A stretch of 64,000 nt of DNA from Planctomycetota bacterium (GTDB lineage: Bacteria; Planctomycetota; MHYJ01; WSZJ01), in the NCBI GenBank assembly GCA_038060895.1, contig JBBTCT010000022.1:1-64000 (forward strand), written 5' to 3'. The notes under the pieces are model-generated. The model did no database searches and had not been told where the DNA came from. It was given only the letters and a program-made list of their open reading frames with translations. The translations under genes were made by a program, and so were the position numbers. Below are positions 42,849-50,896 of the stretch, in pieces (positions within the stretch are counted from its first letter, which is position 1; every line of letters begins with the position of its first letter).

Positions 42849-42902
42849 CGCGGAATGCCCGGTGAGGGGCGGACGCAAATGGTGCGCCGCGGGCATTCCG
42901 CG
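42849..42902. repeat. Perfect 13-bp inverted repeat bracketing a sigma54 motif
   Basis: CGCGGAATGCCCG (42849-42861) and CGGGCATTCCGCG (42890-42902). Confidence 0.75.
42874..42889 (-). promoter_or_regulatory. Sigma54 promoter of the nxr-like operon
   Basis: Minus strand CGGCGCACCATTTGCG, about 65 nt before ATG 42810 with GGAGG RBS. Confidence 0.65.
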
Positions 42903-42964
42903 AGTGGGGAGGGAGGTGGCGCCGGGAAGTGTGAGCGCGGGACTCCGCGAAAGGCGTGGAAAAA

Positions 42965-42983
42965 TACTTAATGCCATTAACTA
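42965..42983. promoter_or_regulatory. Palindromic operator, copy 1
   Basis: TACTTAA-TGCCA-TTAACTA in the nxr/cox divergent spacer. Confidence 0.75.
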
Positions 42984-43015
42984 TTACTCCGGCCGCTGCC
43001 GCGAGGAGCGAGGCC

Positions 43016-43063
43016 AACAAAAAGGCCCGGCGCCCCGACCGGCGGGATCGGAGACGCAGGGCC
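43016..43063 (-). terminator. Intrinsic terminator
   Basis: GC-rich hairpin 43063-43024 followed by TTTTTGTT on the minus strand. Confidence 0.6.
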
Positions 43064-43127
43064 GGGCGGGAGGTCCCGCCCCACTGCTATCCCGGCTGCG
43101 AAACCGGGAGGGGATTTGATTCAGTGA
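43016..43127 (-). ncRNA. Candidate sigma54-dependent small RNA
   Basis: Upstream promoter motif, three consecutive hairpins, the last followed by UUUUUGUU. No ATG inside. Confidence 0.45.
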
Positions 43128-43137
43128 GGGCTCGCTC

Positions 43138-43153
43138 CGCAAATGCCGGGCCC
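43138..43153 (-). promoter_or_regulatory. Sigma54 promoter of the candidate sRNA
   Basis: Minus strand GGGCCCGGCATTTGCG (GG-N10-GC). Confidence 0.5.
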
Positions 43154-43270
43154 TCTTCCGCCGGGAAGCGACCCGCGGGGCGCCGTGTGATTCCGCGGAA
43201 TCTTCCCCGCACGCGGCGGACTATTTCCCATCCGGCGCCGATTCCCCCTGCGCAGGTCCACAAGCCGCCC

Positions 43271-43286
43271 CGGTCCCGGATTTGCG
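43271..43286 (+). promoter_or_regulatory. Sigma54 promoter of the oxidase operon
   Basis: CGGTCCCGGATTTGCG (GG-N10-GC, TTGC), 80 nt before 43367. Confidence 0.55.
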
Positions 43287-43366
43287 ATGCCGCTCTCTGA
43301 CAATTCCACAGCTGCGCAGGACAGTCCCCGCGCGAGCACCATCAACTCCTGGAGGGCTCTTCCATC

Positions 43367-44167
43367 ATGATCCGCATGTCCCAGCTTGCCCCTGCCGTCC
43401 TTTCCCTGGCGATCGCAATTCTGGCCTCCGGCTGCGGCGATTCGAGCAGCGAACCCGGCGCGGGCGAAGGCAAGCCGGCCGACGGCGCCGGGCAACCGAC
43501 CGGTCCGGAAGTGAAAGTAGACACCGCCACCGCAGGCACGATCTCAGGCGCCGTGAAATTCGAAGGAGCGGCCCCGACCGAGCGCGTCAACTCCGCCGAG
43601 GCAGACGCCTTCTGCCACTCGAAACACCCGGAAGGGATCAAGAGCGAATCGGCCGTCATCGGCGCCGGCGGAGAACTCGCCAACGTCTTCGTCTGGATCA
43701 AAAAGGGAATCACCGGCAAATTCCCGCTTCCGTCAGAACCCGCCGTGCTCACGCAGAGCGGCTGCCGCTACGAGCCGCATGTGCTGGGGCTCCGGAACGG
43801 ACAGGATCTCGTCGTCAAGAACGACGACGACACCATGCATAACGTCCACTCCCTGCCGAAGGCCAACGAGGAATTCAACTTCGCGCAGACGAAGAAGGGG
43901 GACGAAGCGCGGAAGAAGTTCTCTTCGCAGGAAGTGATGGTCAAGTTCAAGTGCGACGCGCACGGGTGGATGAGCTGCTACGTCGGCGTCGTCAATCACC
44001 CCTACTTCGCGGTCACCGCCGCTGACGGAAAATTCGAGCTCAAGAACGTGCCGCCCGGCGAGTACGAAGTCGAGGCGTGGCACGAGAAGTTCGGGAAGCA
44101 GTCCCTGAGCGCAAAGGTTGAGTCGAAGGGGACCGCCACTCTCACCTTCACCCTGAAGGAGAAATAG
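43367..44167 (+). CDS. Lipoprotein with cupredoxin-like type-1 copper site and carboxypeptidase-regulatory-like domain
   Basis: Lipobox ASGC, HNVH...CDAHGWM, HPYFAVT, VPPGEYEVEAWHE. Confidence 0.8.
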   Translation: MIRMSQLAPAVLSLAIAILASGCGDSSSEPGAGEGKPADGAGQPTGPEVKVDTATAGTISGAVKFEGAAPTERVNSAEADAFCHSKHPEGIKSESAVIGAGGELANVFVWIKKGITGKFPLPSEPAVLTQSGCRYEPHVLGLRNGQDLVVKNDDDTMHNVHSLPKANEEFNFAQTKKGDEARKKFSSQEVMVKFKCDAHGWMSCYVGVVNHPYFAVTAADGKFELKNVPPGEYEVEAWHEKFGKQSLSAKVESKGTATLTFTLKEK

Positions 44168-44171
44168 CCGG

Positions 44172-44993
44172 ATGCCCAACAAGCGCGGAGCGGTCTCGGC
44201 CTGGCTGCTGGCCTCGCTTCTGATCCTGTTCACGATCCTCACGGTGGGCGCGTTCTTCGTCCTGAAGTGGCGCCCGGACGTGGCGAGCGAGCACGGGAAA
44301 GGCGTGGACAAGATGATCCTGTACATCATCTTTGCCGCGGGGTTCATCTTCGTCGTCGGGCACCTCGTCCTCTCCGCTTTCCTTGTGAAATTCGGCGGCA
44401 AGAACGGGGCGACCTACAAACCGATGACGCACAGGGCCGAGATGCTCTTCACGATCGGCCCGGTCGTCTTCATGGTCGCGGTGTCGGAGCTGGGAGTCCT
44501 CGCGATCGGCGGACCGGTGTGGAACCAGGTGTACACCCACCAGTCCGGCGACCTCGTCGTCGAGATCACGGCCAAGCAGTACGAGTGGATCTCGCGGTAT
44601 CCGGGGAAGGACGGGAAGTTCGGCCGAAAGCGCCCGGACCTTTTCGACGACCAGGAGAATCCGCTCGGTCTCGACCCGAAGGACCCGGATGCGAAGGACG
44701 ACATCGTGATCCGCGGCGCCGTGTACCTGCCCGTGGGGAAGGGCGCCTGGTTCAACATCCAGTCGTGGGACGTCCTGCACAGCTTCAACGTCCCGGTGCT
44801 CCGCTCGAAGCAGGACGCCGTTCCCGGATTGACGACCCACACGAGGATTCTTCCGACCGTGATCGGGCGTTACGAGATCTCCTGCGCGGAAATCTGCGGG
44901 CCCGGCCACTACAAGATGCGCGGGTTCGTGAACGTGAAGTCGGAAGCGGATTTTTATAAGTGGCTGAAATCGCAGGTGGGCTGGTTCGAGTAA
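44172..44993 (+). CDS. coxB: Heme-copper oxidase subunit II (CuA)
   Basis: Two TMs, QYEWISRYPG, DVLHSF, KQDAVPG, CAEICGPGHYKM. Confidence 0.93.
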   Translation: MPNKRGAVSAWLLASLLILFTILTVGAFFVLKWRPDVASEHGKGVDKMILYIIFAAGFIFVVGHLVLSAFLVKFGGKNGATYKPMTHRAEMLFTIGPVVFMVAVSELGVLAIGGPVWNQVYTHQSGDLVVEITAKQYEWISRYPGKDGKFGRKRPDLFDDQENPLGLDPKDPDAKDDIVIRGAVYLPVGKGAWFNIQSWDVLHSFNVPVLRSKQDAVPGLTTHTRILPTVIGRYEISCAEICGPGHYKMRGFVNVKSEADFYKWLKSQVGWFE

Positions 44994-45115
44994 CACTTCG
45001 ACTCGCCATGCGGGCTCTCTCGGGGCAGGGCCATTCCGTCGGGAAGGGCAATTCCTGAGTTCGTCGCGCCGTTCGAAGTTTTCAGCGGGATGCAGGACAG
45101 ATAGGGAGAAGCAAC

Positions 45116-46861
45116 TTGGCGATCGCGCAAGCGGCAAGGCCGGGGACTCACGAGTCTCACGTGCACGACGGTGGGCACTCGATCGGATTCGTCCGCAAAT
45201 ACATCTTCAGCACGGATCACAAGGTGATCGCCGTCCAGTACATCCTCATGGCGATGCTCATGAGCGTCGTCGGGCTGGGGCTGTCGCTCCTGTTCCGGAT
45301 CCAGCTGGCCTGGCCCGGGAAGGCAGGAATGACGCCGGAGCAGTACGTGAGCTACGTGACGATGCACGGCACGATCATGATCTTCTTCGTCGTGTCGCTG
45401 GCGCTGTCCAGCGGCCTGGGGAACTTCAGCATCCCGCTGCAGGTCGGCGCGCGCGACATGGCTTACCCGCTGCTGAACATGCTGTCCTTCTGGGTCATCG
45501 TCCCCGCGGCCGCCATCATGATCCTCTCGTTTTTCGTCGAGGGCGGAGCCGCCGCCGGCGGGTGGACCGCTTACCCGCCTCTCAGCGCGCTCTCAGGATT
45601 CGGGAAAGTCCCGAGGGGCTCGCCCGGCTCGGGGATGGGCCAGACGCTGTGGCTCCTCGCTATGGCGCTCTTCATCGTCTCCTTCACGATGGGAGGCCTG
45701 AATTACGTCGCCACGATCCTGAACCTGCGCGCCCGCGGGATGAGCCTCATGCGCATGCCGCTCACGGTGTGGACCTGGTTCATCGCGGCCCTCCTCGGGC
45801 TCCTCAGCTTCCCTGCACTTACGGCGGCCGCGATCATGCTGCTTCTCGATCGCCACCTGGGCACGAGCTTCTTCCTGCCGTCAGGGCTCGTCGTCTCCGG
45901 CCAGCAGGCCGTCAACGCAGGGGGCACGCCTCTCCTCTTCCAGCACCTCTTCTGGTTCCTCGGACACCCGGAGGTCTACGTCCTCGTCCTCCCGGCCATC
46001 GGCATCGCCTTTGACGTCCTCGCCGCCTTCTCGCGGCGCCCGCCGCATGGCTATAAATACAGCGTCGGAGCCCTGCTGATCATCGCCTTCCTCGGCATGA
46101 TCGTCTGGGGCCATCACATGTTCACCAGCGGCATGAACCCGTTCCTCGGGAAGTACTTCTCGATCTCCACGCTCCTGATCACCGCGCCTTTCGCGATACT
46201 CGGCGTCAATCTTCTCGCCTCCCTCTGGCGCGCCCGCATCCGCTTCACGACCGCCATGCTCTTCGCCCTCGGGCTCATCTCCGCCGTAGGCACGGGCGGC
46301 ATCGGCGGCCTCTTCCTCGCCACCGCGACCGCCGACCTCCACTTCCACGACACCTACTTCGTTGTCGGCCACTTCCACCTCATGATCGGCGTCGTCACCA
46401 TGACCGGCACGTTCGCCGGGATCTACTACTGGTTCCCCAAGATGTTCGGGCGCTACATGAACGAAACCCTCGGCAAGCTCCACTTCTGGGGCACGTTCAT
46501 CGGCGCCTTCGCCGTCTTCGTCATCCAGCACTTCCAGGGCTTCGGCGGCATGACCCGCCGCTACTTCGAATACTCCGCCGACTACGTCAAGCCCGCCGTG
46601 GCCCTCAATCCGGCCGTCACCGTCTTCGCGTTCCTCGCCATCGCCGCGCAGCTCCCGTTCTTCTTCAACTTCTTCTGGAGCATGTTCAAGGGGAAGAAGG
46701 CCGAAGCGAATCCGTGGGAAGCGACGACGCTGGAGTGGACGACGGCGACGCCGGTGCCGCACGGGAACTGGGACCGCTTGCCGGTCGTGTCGGGCGATCC
46801 GTACGGGTACGCGGCGGGGCCGGACGGCAACGCGCACCGCATGCAGAATGCGGAGGGGTAA
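45116..46861 (+). CDS. coxA: Heme-copper oxidase subunit I, A1-like, K-channel degenerate
   Basis: TMHGT, GARDMAYPLLN, GWTAYPPL, GHPEVY, WGHHMF, HDTYFVVGHFH, GMTRRY. Helix VIII reads PFAIL instead of PTGIK. Confidence 0.93.
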   Translation: MAIAQAARPGTHESHVHDGGHSIGFVRKYIFSTDHKVIAVQYILMAMLMSVVGLGLSLLFRIQLAWPGKAGMTPEQYVSYVTMHGTIMIFFVVSLALSSGLGNFSIPLQVGARDMAYPLLNMLSFWVIVPAAAIMILSFFVEGGAAAGGWTAYPPLSALSGFGKVPRGSPGSGMGQTLWLLAMALFIVSFTMGGLNYVATILNLRARGMSLMRMPLTVWTWFIAALLGLLSFPALTAAAIMLLLDRHLGTSFFLPSGLVVSGQQAVNAGGTPLLFQHLFWFLGHPEVYVLVLPAIGIAFDVLAAFSRRPPHGYKYSVGALLIIAFLGMIVWGHHMFTSGMNPFLGKYFSISTLLITAPFAILGVNLLASLWRARIRFTTAMLFALGLISAVGTGGIGGLFLATATADLHFHDTYFVVGHFHLMIGVVTMTGTFAGIYYWFPKMFGRYMNETLGKLHFWGTFIGAFAVFVIQHFQGFGGMTRRYFEYSADYVKPAVALNPAVTVFAFLAIAAQLPFFFNFFWSMFKGKKAEANPWEATTLEWTTATPVPHGNWDRLPVVSGDPYGYAAGPDGNAHRMQNAEG

Positions 46862-46863
46862 GC

Positions 46864-47424
46864 ATGCTGATGAAAATCGAAGCGTGGGGAAGGGAAGAGA
46901 GGGACTCGGCGGAGCTGCCGGAGTCGGTGCGGGCTGAGACGTGGCAGACGCTCACGTACCTGATGATTGCCGGCGGGATCATGCTGTTCACGACGTTCAC
47001 GGCCTCGTACCTGGTGCGGCGGCAGAGTCCCGACTGGGCTCCGGTGCGGTTGCCCGCGCTCGTCTGGGCGAATCTCGCGGTGGTCGGCCTGGCGAGCGTC
47101 ACGATGGAACTGGCCCGTCGCGGCCGCGCCTCGGCTCGCCCGTGGCTGGGTGCGACGATCGGGCTAGGCCTGCTCTTTGTCGCCGGACAGGCCCTGGCCT
47201 GGCGCCAGCTCGCGGCCCAGGGAGTGTTCTTGACGACTTCGCCGCAGGCCTCTTTCTTCTACATGCTCACCGCCGTGCACGCGGCGCACGTCGCGGCAGG
47301 GCTCGCCGTGCTCCTGGCCGCGTTGCGGCGCGCCGGCACGAAGCCGCTCGGCCTGTGCGCCGCCTGGTGGCACTTCGTCGGCGCCGCCTGGGCCTGGGTC
47401 GTGATGCTGCTGAACTTCTTCTAG
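46864..47424 (+). CDS. coxC: Heme-copper oxidase subunit III-like (first copy)
   Basis: FFYMLTAVHAAHV, WWHFVG, multi-TM. Confidence 0.85.
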   Translation: MLMKIEAWGREERDSAELPESVRAETWQTLTYLMIAGGIMLFTTFTASYLVRRQSPDWAPVRLPALVWANLAVVGLASVTMELARRGRASARPWLGATIGLGLLFVAGQALAWRQLAAQGVFLTTSPQASFFYMLTAVHAAHVAAGLAVLLAALRRAGTKPLGLCAAWWHFVGAAWAWVVMLLNFF

Positions 47425-47427
47425 GGG

Positions 47428-48048
47428 ATGGCGATGAACCCGACCGCTGTGACGGGGCATGAAGCGGCGTCCGAGGAATCGGAACCCGGTTTCTACGGGA
47501 CGTCGTGGCAGAAGCTGATGATGTGGTGGTTCATCATCGGGGATGCCATCCTCTTCGGCAGTTTCCTCGCCGCCTACGGCTTCGCCCGCATCTCCGCCGG
47601 GAGCTGGCCCGACCGGACGCAGATGTTCAGCATGAACTTCATCACGGTGATGACGTTCACCCTCATCACCTCCAGCGCGACCATGGCCACCGCCGTCGCC
47701 GCTTCCCGCCGCGGCGACCGCAAGGCAGCCTTCAACTTCACGATGGCCACGGCCATCGGAGGCATCGCCTTTCTCGGGATGCAGGCGTACGAGTGGTACC
47801 ACCTGATCCACAACGGCGCGCGCATGGGCACCAACCCCTGGGGCGCCCCCGCGTTCGGCGCGTACTTCTTCACGATCACCGGCTTCCACGGCTCCCATGT
47901 CGCCTCCGGCGTGCTGATCCTGCTCATCACCGCGTGGAATGCGAAGCGCGGGAAGAGCGGACCCGAGGGCGTCGAGCTCACAGGGTTGTACTGGCACTTC
48001 GTCGACCTCGTCTGGGTATTCGTCTTCGGCTGCTTCTACCTCATCTAG
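47428..48048 (+). CDS. coxC: Heme-copper oxidase subunit III-like (second copy)
   Basis: KLMMWWFI, FFTITGFHGSHV, GLYWHFVDLVWVFVF. Confidence 0.9.
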   Translation: MAMNPTAVTGHEAASEESEPGFYGTSWQKLMMWWFIIGDAILFGSFLAAYGFARISAGSWPDRTQMFSMNFITVMTFTLITSSATMATAVAASRRGDRKAAFNFTMATAIGGIAFLGMQAYEWYHLIHNGARMGTNPWGAPAFGAYFFTITGFHGSHVASGVLILLITAWNAKRGKSGPEGVELTGLYWHFVDLVWVFVFGCFYLI

Positions 48049-48056
48049 GACGCGAC

Positions 48057-48323
48057 ATGAGCGACACCCACCCGGAAGCGAGCTACAGGTCGTACTGGAT
48101 TGCCTGGGGAATCCTGCTGGTCCTGACCCTGGTGATGATCTCGATTTCGAGCAAGGCGCTCCTGCTCGGCGGGATCCTGGTGAAGTCCGTCATCATCGGG
48201 GCGTGGTTCATGCACCTGAAGCACGAGCGCGCGATCCTGATCTGGAGCGTGATCGCGGGAGTCCTGTTCGCAGGGTTCCTGTTCTTCCTGATCTCGTTCG
48301 ACGCGGGGGTGTCGGTCCTGTGA
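48057..48323 (+). CDS. Oxidase subunit IV (CoxD/CtaF-like)
   Basis: WGILLVLT, KSVIIGAWFMHLKHE. Confidence 0.85.
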   Translation: MSDTHPEASYRSYWIAWGILLVLTLVMISISSKALLLGGILVKSVIIGAWFMHLKHERAILIWSVIAGVLFAGFLFFLISFDAGVSVL

Positions 48324-48574
48324 AGCGGCTCCTTCCCATTGCGCTGTGGCTGTTGCTGGCTCCGGCGGCGTGGGCGGGGAGCTGATGAAAAGGGGACGAC
48401 CCGGGTCCGGCGGACCTGGAACCGGCGCAGCGCTCGCGACTCGGGACGCTGATGCTGATGACGGTTCCCTACCCGCTCATGGCCGGGTTCATGGCGCTGG
48501 CGTGGTGGCAGCAGCGGAAGCGGCGCGCTGCCTCCGCAGAGACAATTTGCGTGGACGGTTCCGGGGACAAGTAG
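48320..48574 (+). CDS. Small membrane protein with tandem in-frame UGA-UGA (candidate selenoprotein or pseudogene)
   Basis: GTGA overlap with subunit IV. Reads VKRLLPIALWLLLAPAAWAGS**KGDDPG...GTLMLMTVPYPLMAGFMALAWWQQRKRR...DK-TAG. Hairpin at 48401-48419. Confidence 0.55.
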
Positions 48575-48590
48575 TAAAGTGCATTAACTA
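48572..48590. promoter_or_regulatory. Palindromic operator, copy 2
   Basis: TAGTAAA-GTGCA-TTAACTA immediately before the AGGAG RBS of 48606. Confidence 0.75.
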
Positions 48591-48605
48591 ATCAGGAGCC
48601 ACCTC

Positions 48606-49004
48606 TTGCGCGTCGCCATTCCGGTCACGACAGGCCAGATTCCCAATCACCTGGGCCACTGCACCTCGTTTCTCTTCGCCGACGTGGAAGAGGGCCGCGT
48701 GCTGCGCGAAGAGCTCCTTCCCAATCCCGGCCACGGCCCCGGGGGCCCTCCGCCCGCCTTCCTGGCCCGCAGCGGCGTGACGCACCTGCTGGCTTGGGGA
48801 TGCCCGCCTCCCGCCCTTGAGATGTTCGACGAGGTCGGGATCAAAGTCGCGCTCGGCGCGACGGGGGACGCGAAGGCTGCCCTGCGCGCCTGGCTCGAAG
48901 GGACCCTGAAGCCCGTTTCCGATGGCCTGGACGCCGGAGGCGGGTGCGGCCCGAGCTCTTTGGATGAGGGAAAGGTGCGCGGAGGATGCGCCGGCGGCCA
49001 TTGA
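48606..49004 (+). CDS. NifB/NifX-like (FeMo-co biosynthesis domain) protein
   Basis: RVAIP...HLGHCTSF, NPGH, C-terminal GGC...CAGGH. TTG start with AGGAG. Confidence 0.82.
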   Translation: MRVAIPVTTGQIPNHLGHCTSFLFADVEEGRVLREELLPNPGHGPGGPPPAFLARSGVTHLLAWGCPPPALEMFDEVGIKVALGATGDAKAALRAWLEGTLKPVSDGLDAGGGCGPSSLDEGKVRGGCAGGH

Positions 49005-50724
49005 GTTTCTCAGCCGCGCCGGCTTCCTGCGCGTTGTCCCCACACCCGAGGAGATCGAAGCCCTGTCACCGAAGCGCCGGAAAAAAGTCCTCCTGACCAG
49101 CGTGTGCCGCCCCCTTGGGGAAAGCGCCGGGGACTCCCCGAGCGTAGGCTACGAACTCCTCCACTGCCAGGTCACCCGCGCCCAGGGCATCTTCAGCCCC
49201 CGGTCTCACCACATTCACTTCTCCCTCGAGTACATCGCGCAGAATCTCGAAGCGCCGACGGTGGTGCTTCAGTACCCGTCGAAGCGCGAACTGATCCGTG
49301 AGCTCAGGAAGGGCTATGACGTCGTCGGGGTGTCCTTCGTCATGCCGACTTTTCACCGGATGAAGGAGGTCGTCGCCCTCATTCGGGCGCACTCGCCCGA
49401 CGCGCAGATCGTTCTCGGCGGCTACGGAACTGTCCTCGGGGAGCAGGTCCTGCGGCCGTGGTGCGACCACATTTGCCGCGAGGAGGGCGTCGGGTTCATG
49501 CGCCGTCTCCTTGGCGAGACGGAGATTCCGCTTCCGTACGACCACCCGATGATCGTCAACCCGCTCCGGGTTTTCGGAAAGCAGGTCGGGCGGACGGGAA
49601 TCGTGTTCGGCGGGCTGGGTTGCCCGCACGGTTGCGATTTCTGCTGCACTTCTCATTTCTTCGCCCGCAAACACATTCGCCTTCTTCCCACCGGTGCGGA
49701 CATCTACGGCGTGATCCGGCGGTACCTCGACGTGGATCCGAACATGTCGATCCTCGTGATCGACGAGGATTTCCTCCTGAACCGCAAGAGGGCCATGGAA
49801 CTGCGCGAGTGCGTGCAGGCGGGCGGCGTTCCGCTGAGCATCTTCGTGTTCGCGAGCATCAAGGCGCTCACCCAGTACTCGGTGACGGAAATCATGGAAA
49901 TGGGAATCGACGGGATGTGGATCGGCTATGAAGGGACGCGCTCGGGGTACTCCAAGCAGCAGGGACGGCCCGTGGGGGATATCTTCCGCGAGTTTCGCGC
50001 GCATGGGATCAGCATCCTGGCGTCGATGATCGTCGGATTCCCCTACCAGACGCCGGAGATCATTGAGGAAGAGCTGACGGGGCTTCTCGATCTGCACCCT
50101 GACCTGGGGCAATTCCTGATCTACGGCCCGTCCCCCGGGACGCCGTTCTACGAATCCGTCAAAAAGCAGGGGCTGTTCCACCAGGAGTACGTCGATGACC
50201 CCGAGCTGTACTACAAAAAAGCCAGCGGCTTCTTCTCCATGGTCCGGCATCCGACGATGTCCGCCGGCCAGATCGAGGCCGAACAGAGACGTTGCTTCGA
50301 CGAGGACTTCCGCCGTCTCGGCCCTTCGATCTTTCGCGCGCTTGAAACCTGGCTTCTGGGCCATCTGAAGCTGAAAGACTCTCCCAGCGCCTACCTGCGC
50401 GCGAAGGCGGCCAGTTTCGCCGCGGACTTGCGCAGGTCCTACCCCGTCTTTCTCGCCGGCCGCCTGCTCGGCCCGAACCGGAAGGTCCGCCGCTGGATCG
50501 GCGAGCTGGAAGCGCGAATCCACGCCGCGCTGGGAAAGCCGACACTTCTGGAGCGCGTGCAATCCGTGGCGGCGATCGGTGCGGCGGCGTGGACGGGAAT
50601 CAAACTCAAGCTGGGGCTGTTCCAGCACGTGCCGCTGAAGCGCGGCGAGTGGCGGATGGAAGAGACCCGTCGGTCCCTGTCGGCGCCCTCACCCGAAGTC
50701 CGCGTCGCCGCAGGGACGCCCTAG
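48964..50724 (+). CDS. Cobalamin-binding radical SAM protein
   Basis: B12-type N-domain (DVVGVSF, IVLGGYG, GCPHGCDFC as the CxxxCxxC motif, IDEDF, IGYEG, PGTPFY). Start uncertain (48922 to about 49000). Confidence 0.85.
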   Translation: MRERCAEDAPAAIEFLSRAGFLRVVPTPEEIEALSPKRRKKVLLTSVCRPLGESAGDSPSVGYELLHCQVTRAQGIFSPRSHHIHFSLEYIAQNLEAPTVVLQYPSKRELIRELRKGYDVVGVSFVMPTFHRMKEVVALIRAHSPDAQIVLGGYGTVLGEQVLRPWCDHICREEGVGFMRRLLGETEIPLPYDHPMIVNPLRVFGKQVGRTGIVFGGLGCPHGCDFCCTSHFFARKHIRLLPTGADIYGVIRRYLDVDPNMSILVIDEDFLLNRKRAMELRECVQAGGVPLSIFVFASIKALTQYSVTEIMEMGIDGMWIGYEGTRSGYSKQQGRPVGDIFREFRAHGISILASMIVGFPYQTPEIIEEELTGLLDLHPDLGQFLIYGPSPGTPFYESVKKQGLFHQEYVDDPELYYKKASGFFSMVRHPTMSAGQIEAEQRRCFDEDFRRLGPSIFRALETWLLGHLKLKDSPSAYLRAKAASFAADLRRSYPVFLAGRLLGPNRKVRRWIGELEARIHAALGKPTLLERVQSVAAIGAAAWTGIKLKLGLFQHVPLKRGEWRMEETRRSLSAPSPEVRVAAGTP

Positions 50725-50737
50725 TGGTGAGTCAGCA

Positions 50738-50782
50738 TTGATTTCGGGGGTCGCGTCCGAAGGGCGCGACCCCCGGAATCAA
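50738..50782. terminator. 21-bp hairpin after the radical SAM gene
   Basis: TTGATTTCGGGGGTCGCGTCC-GAA-GGGCGCGACCCCCGGAATCAA. No clear U tract. Confidence 0.55.
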
Positions 50783-50870
50783 GCGCGTCGAACTATTAGC
50801 CGCACCCGCAATTTTCCGCATCCCCGTGTGGAATTCCCCGCTTCAGGAACCCTTCGCTCCTGAATTCAAC

Positions 50871-50886
50871 CGGGCACGCATTTGCA
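50871..50886 (+). promoter_or_regulatory. Possible sigma54 promoter of the oah operon
   Basis: CGGGCACGCATTTGCA (GG-N10-GC, atypical GGG). Predicted +1 near GTG 50897. Confidence 0.4.
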
Positions 50887-50896
50887 GGGTCTACGC

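Noticed and set aside
42849-42902. Invertible promoter switch between nxr and cox
   Set aside because: The 28-bp spacer is very short for recombinase inversion and no recombinase gene is nearby. Kept only as a possible binding site.
48346-48591. 81-aa ORF from the track after subunit IV
   Set aside because: Wrong frame. The frame from 48320 gives a coherent signal peptide and TM helix.
48606-49004. Nitrogen fixation
   Set aside because: Stand-alone NifB/NifX domains are common in non-diazotrophs, and no nifHDK is present.
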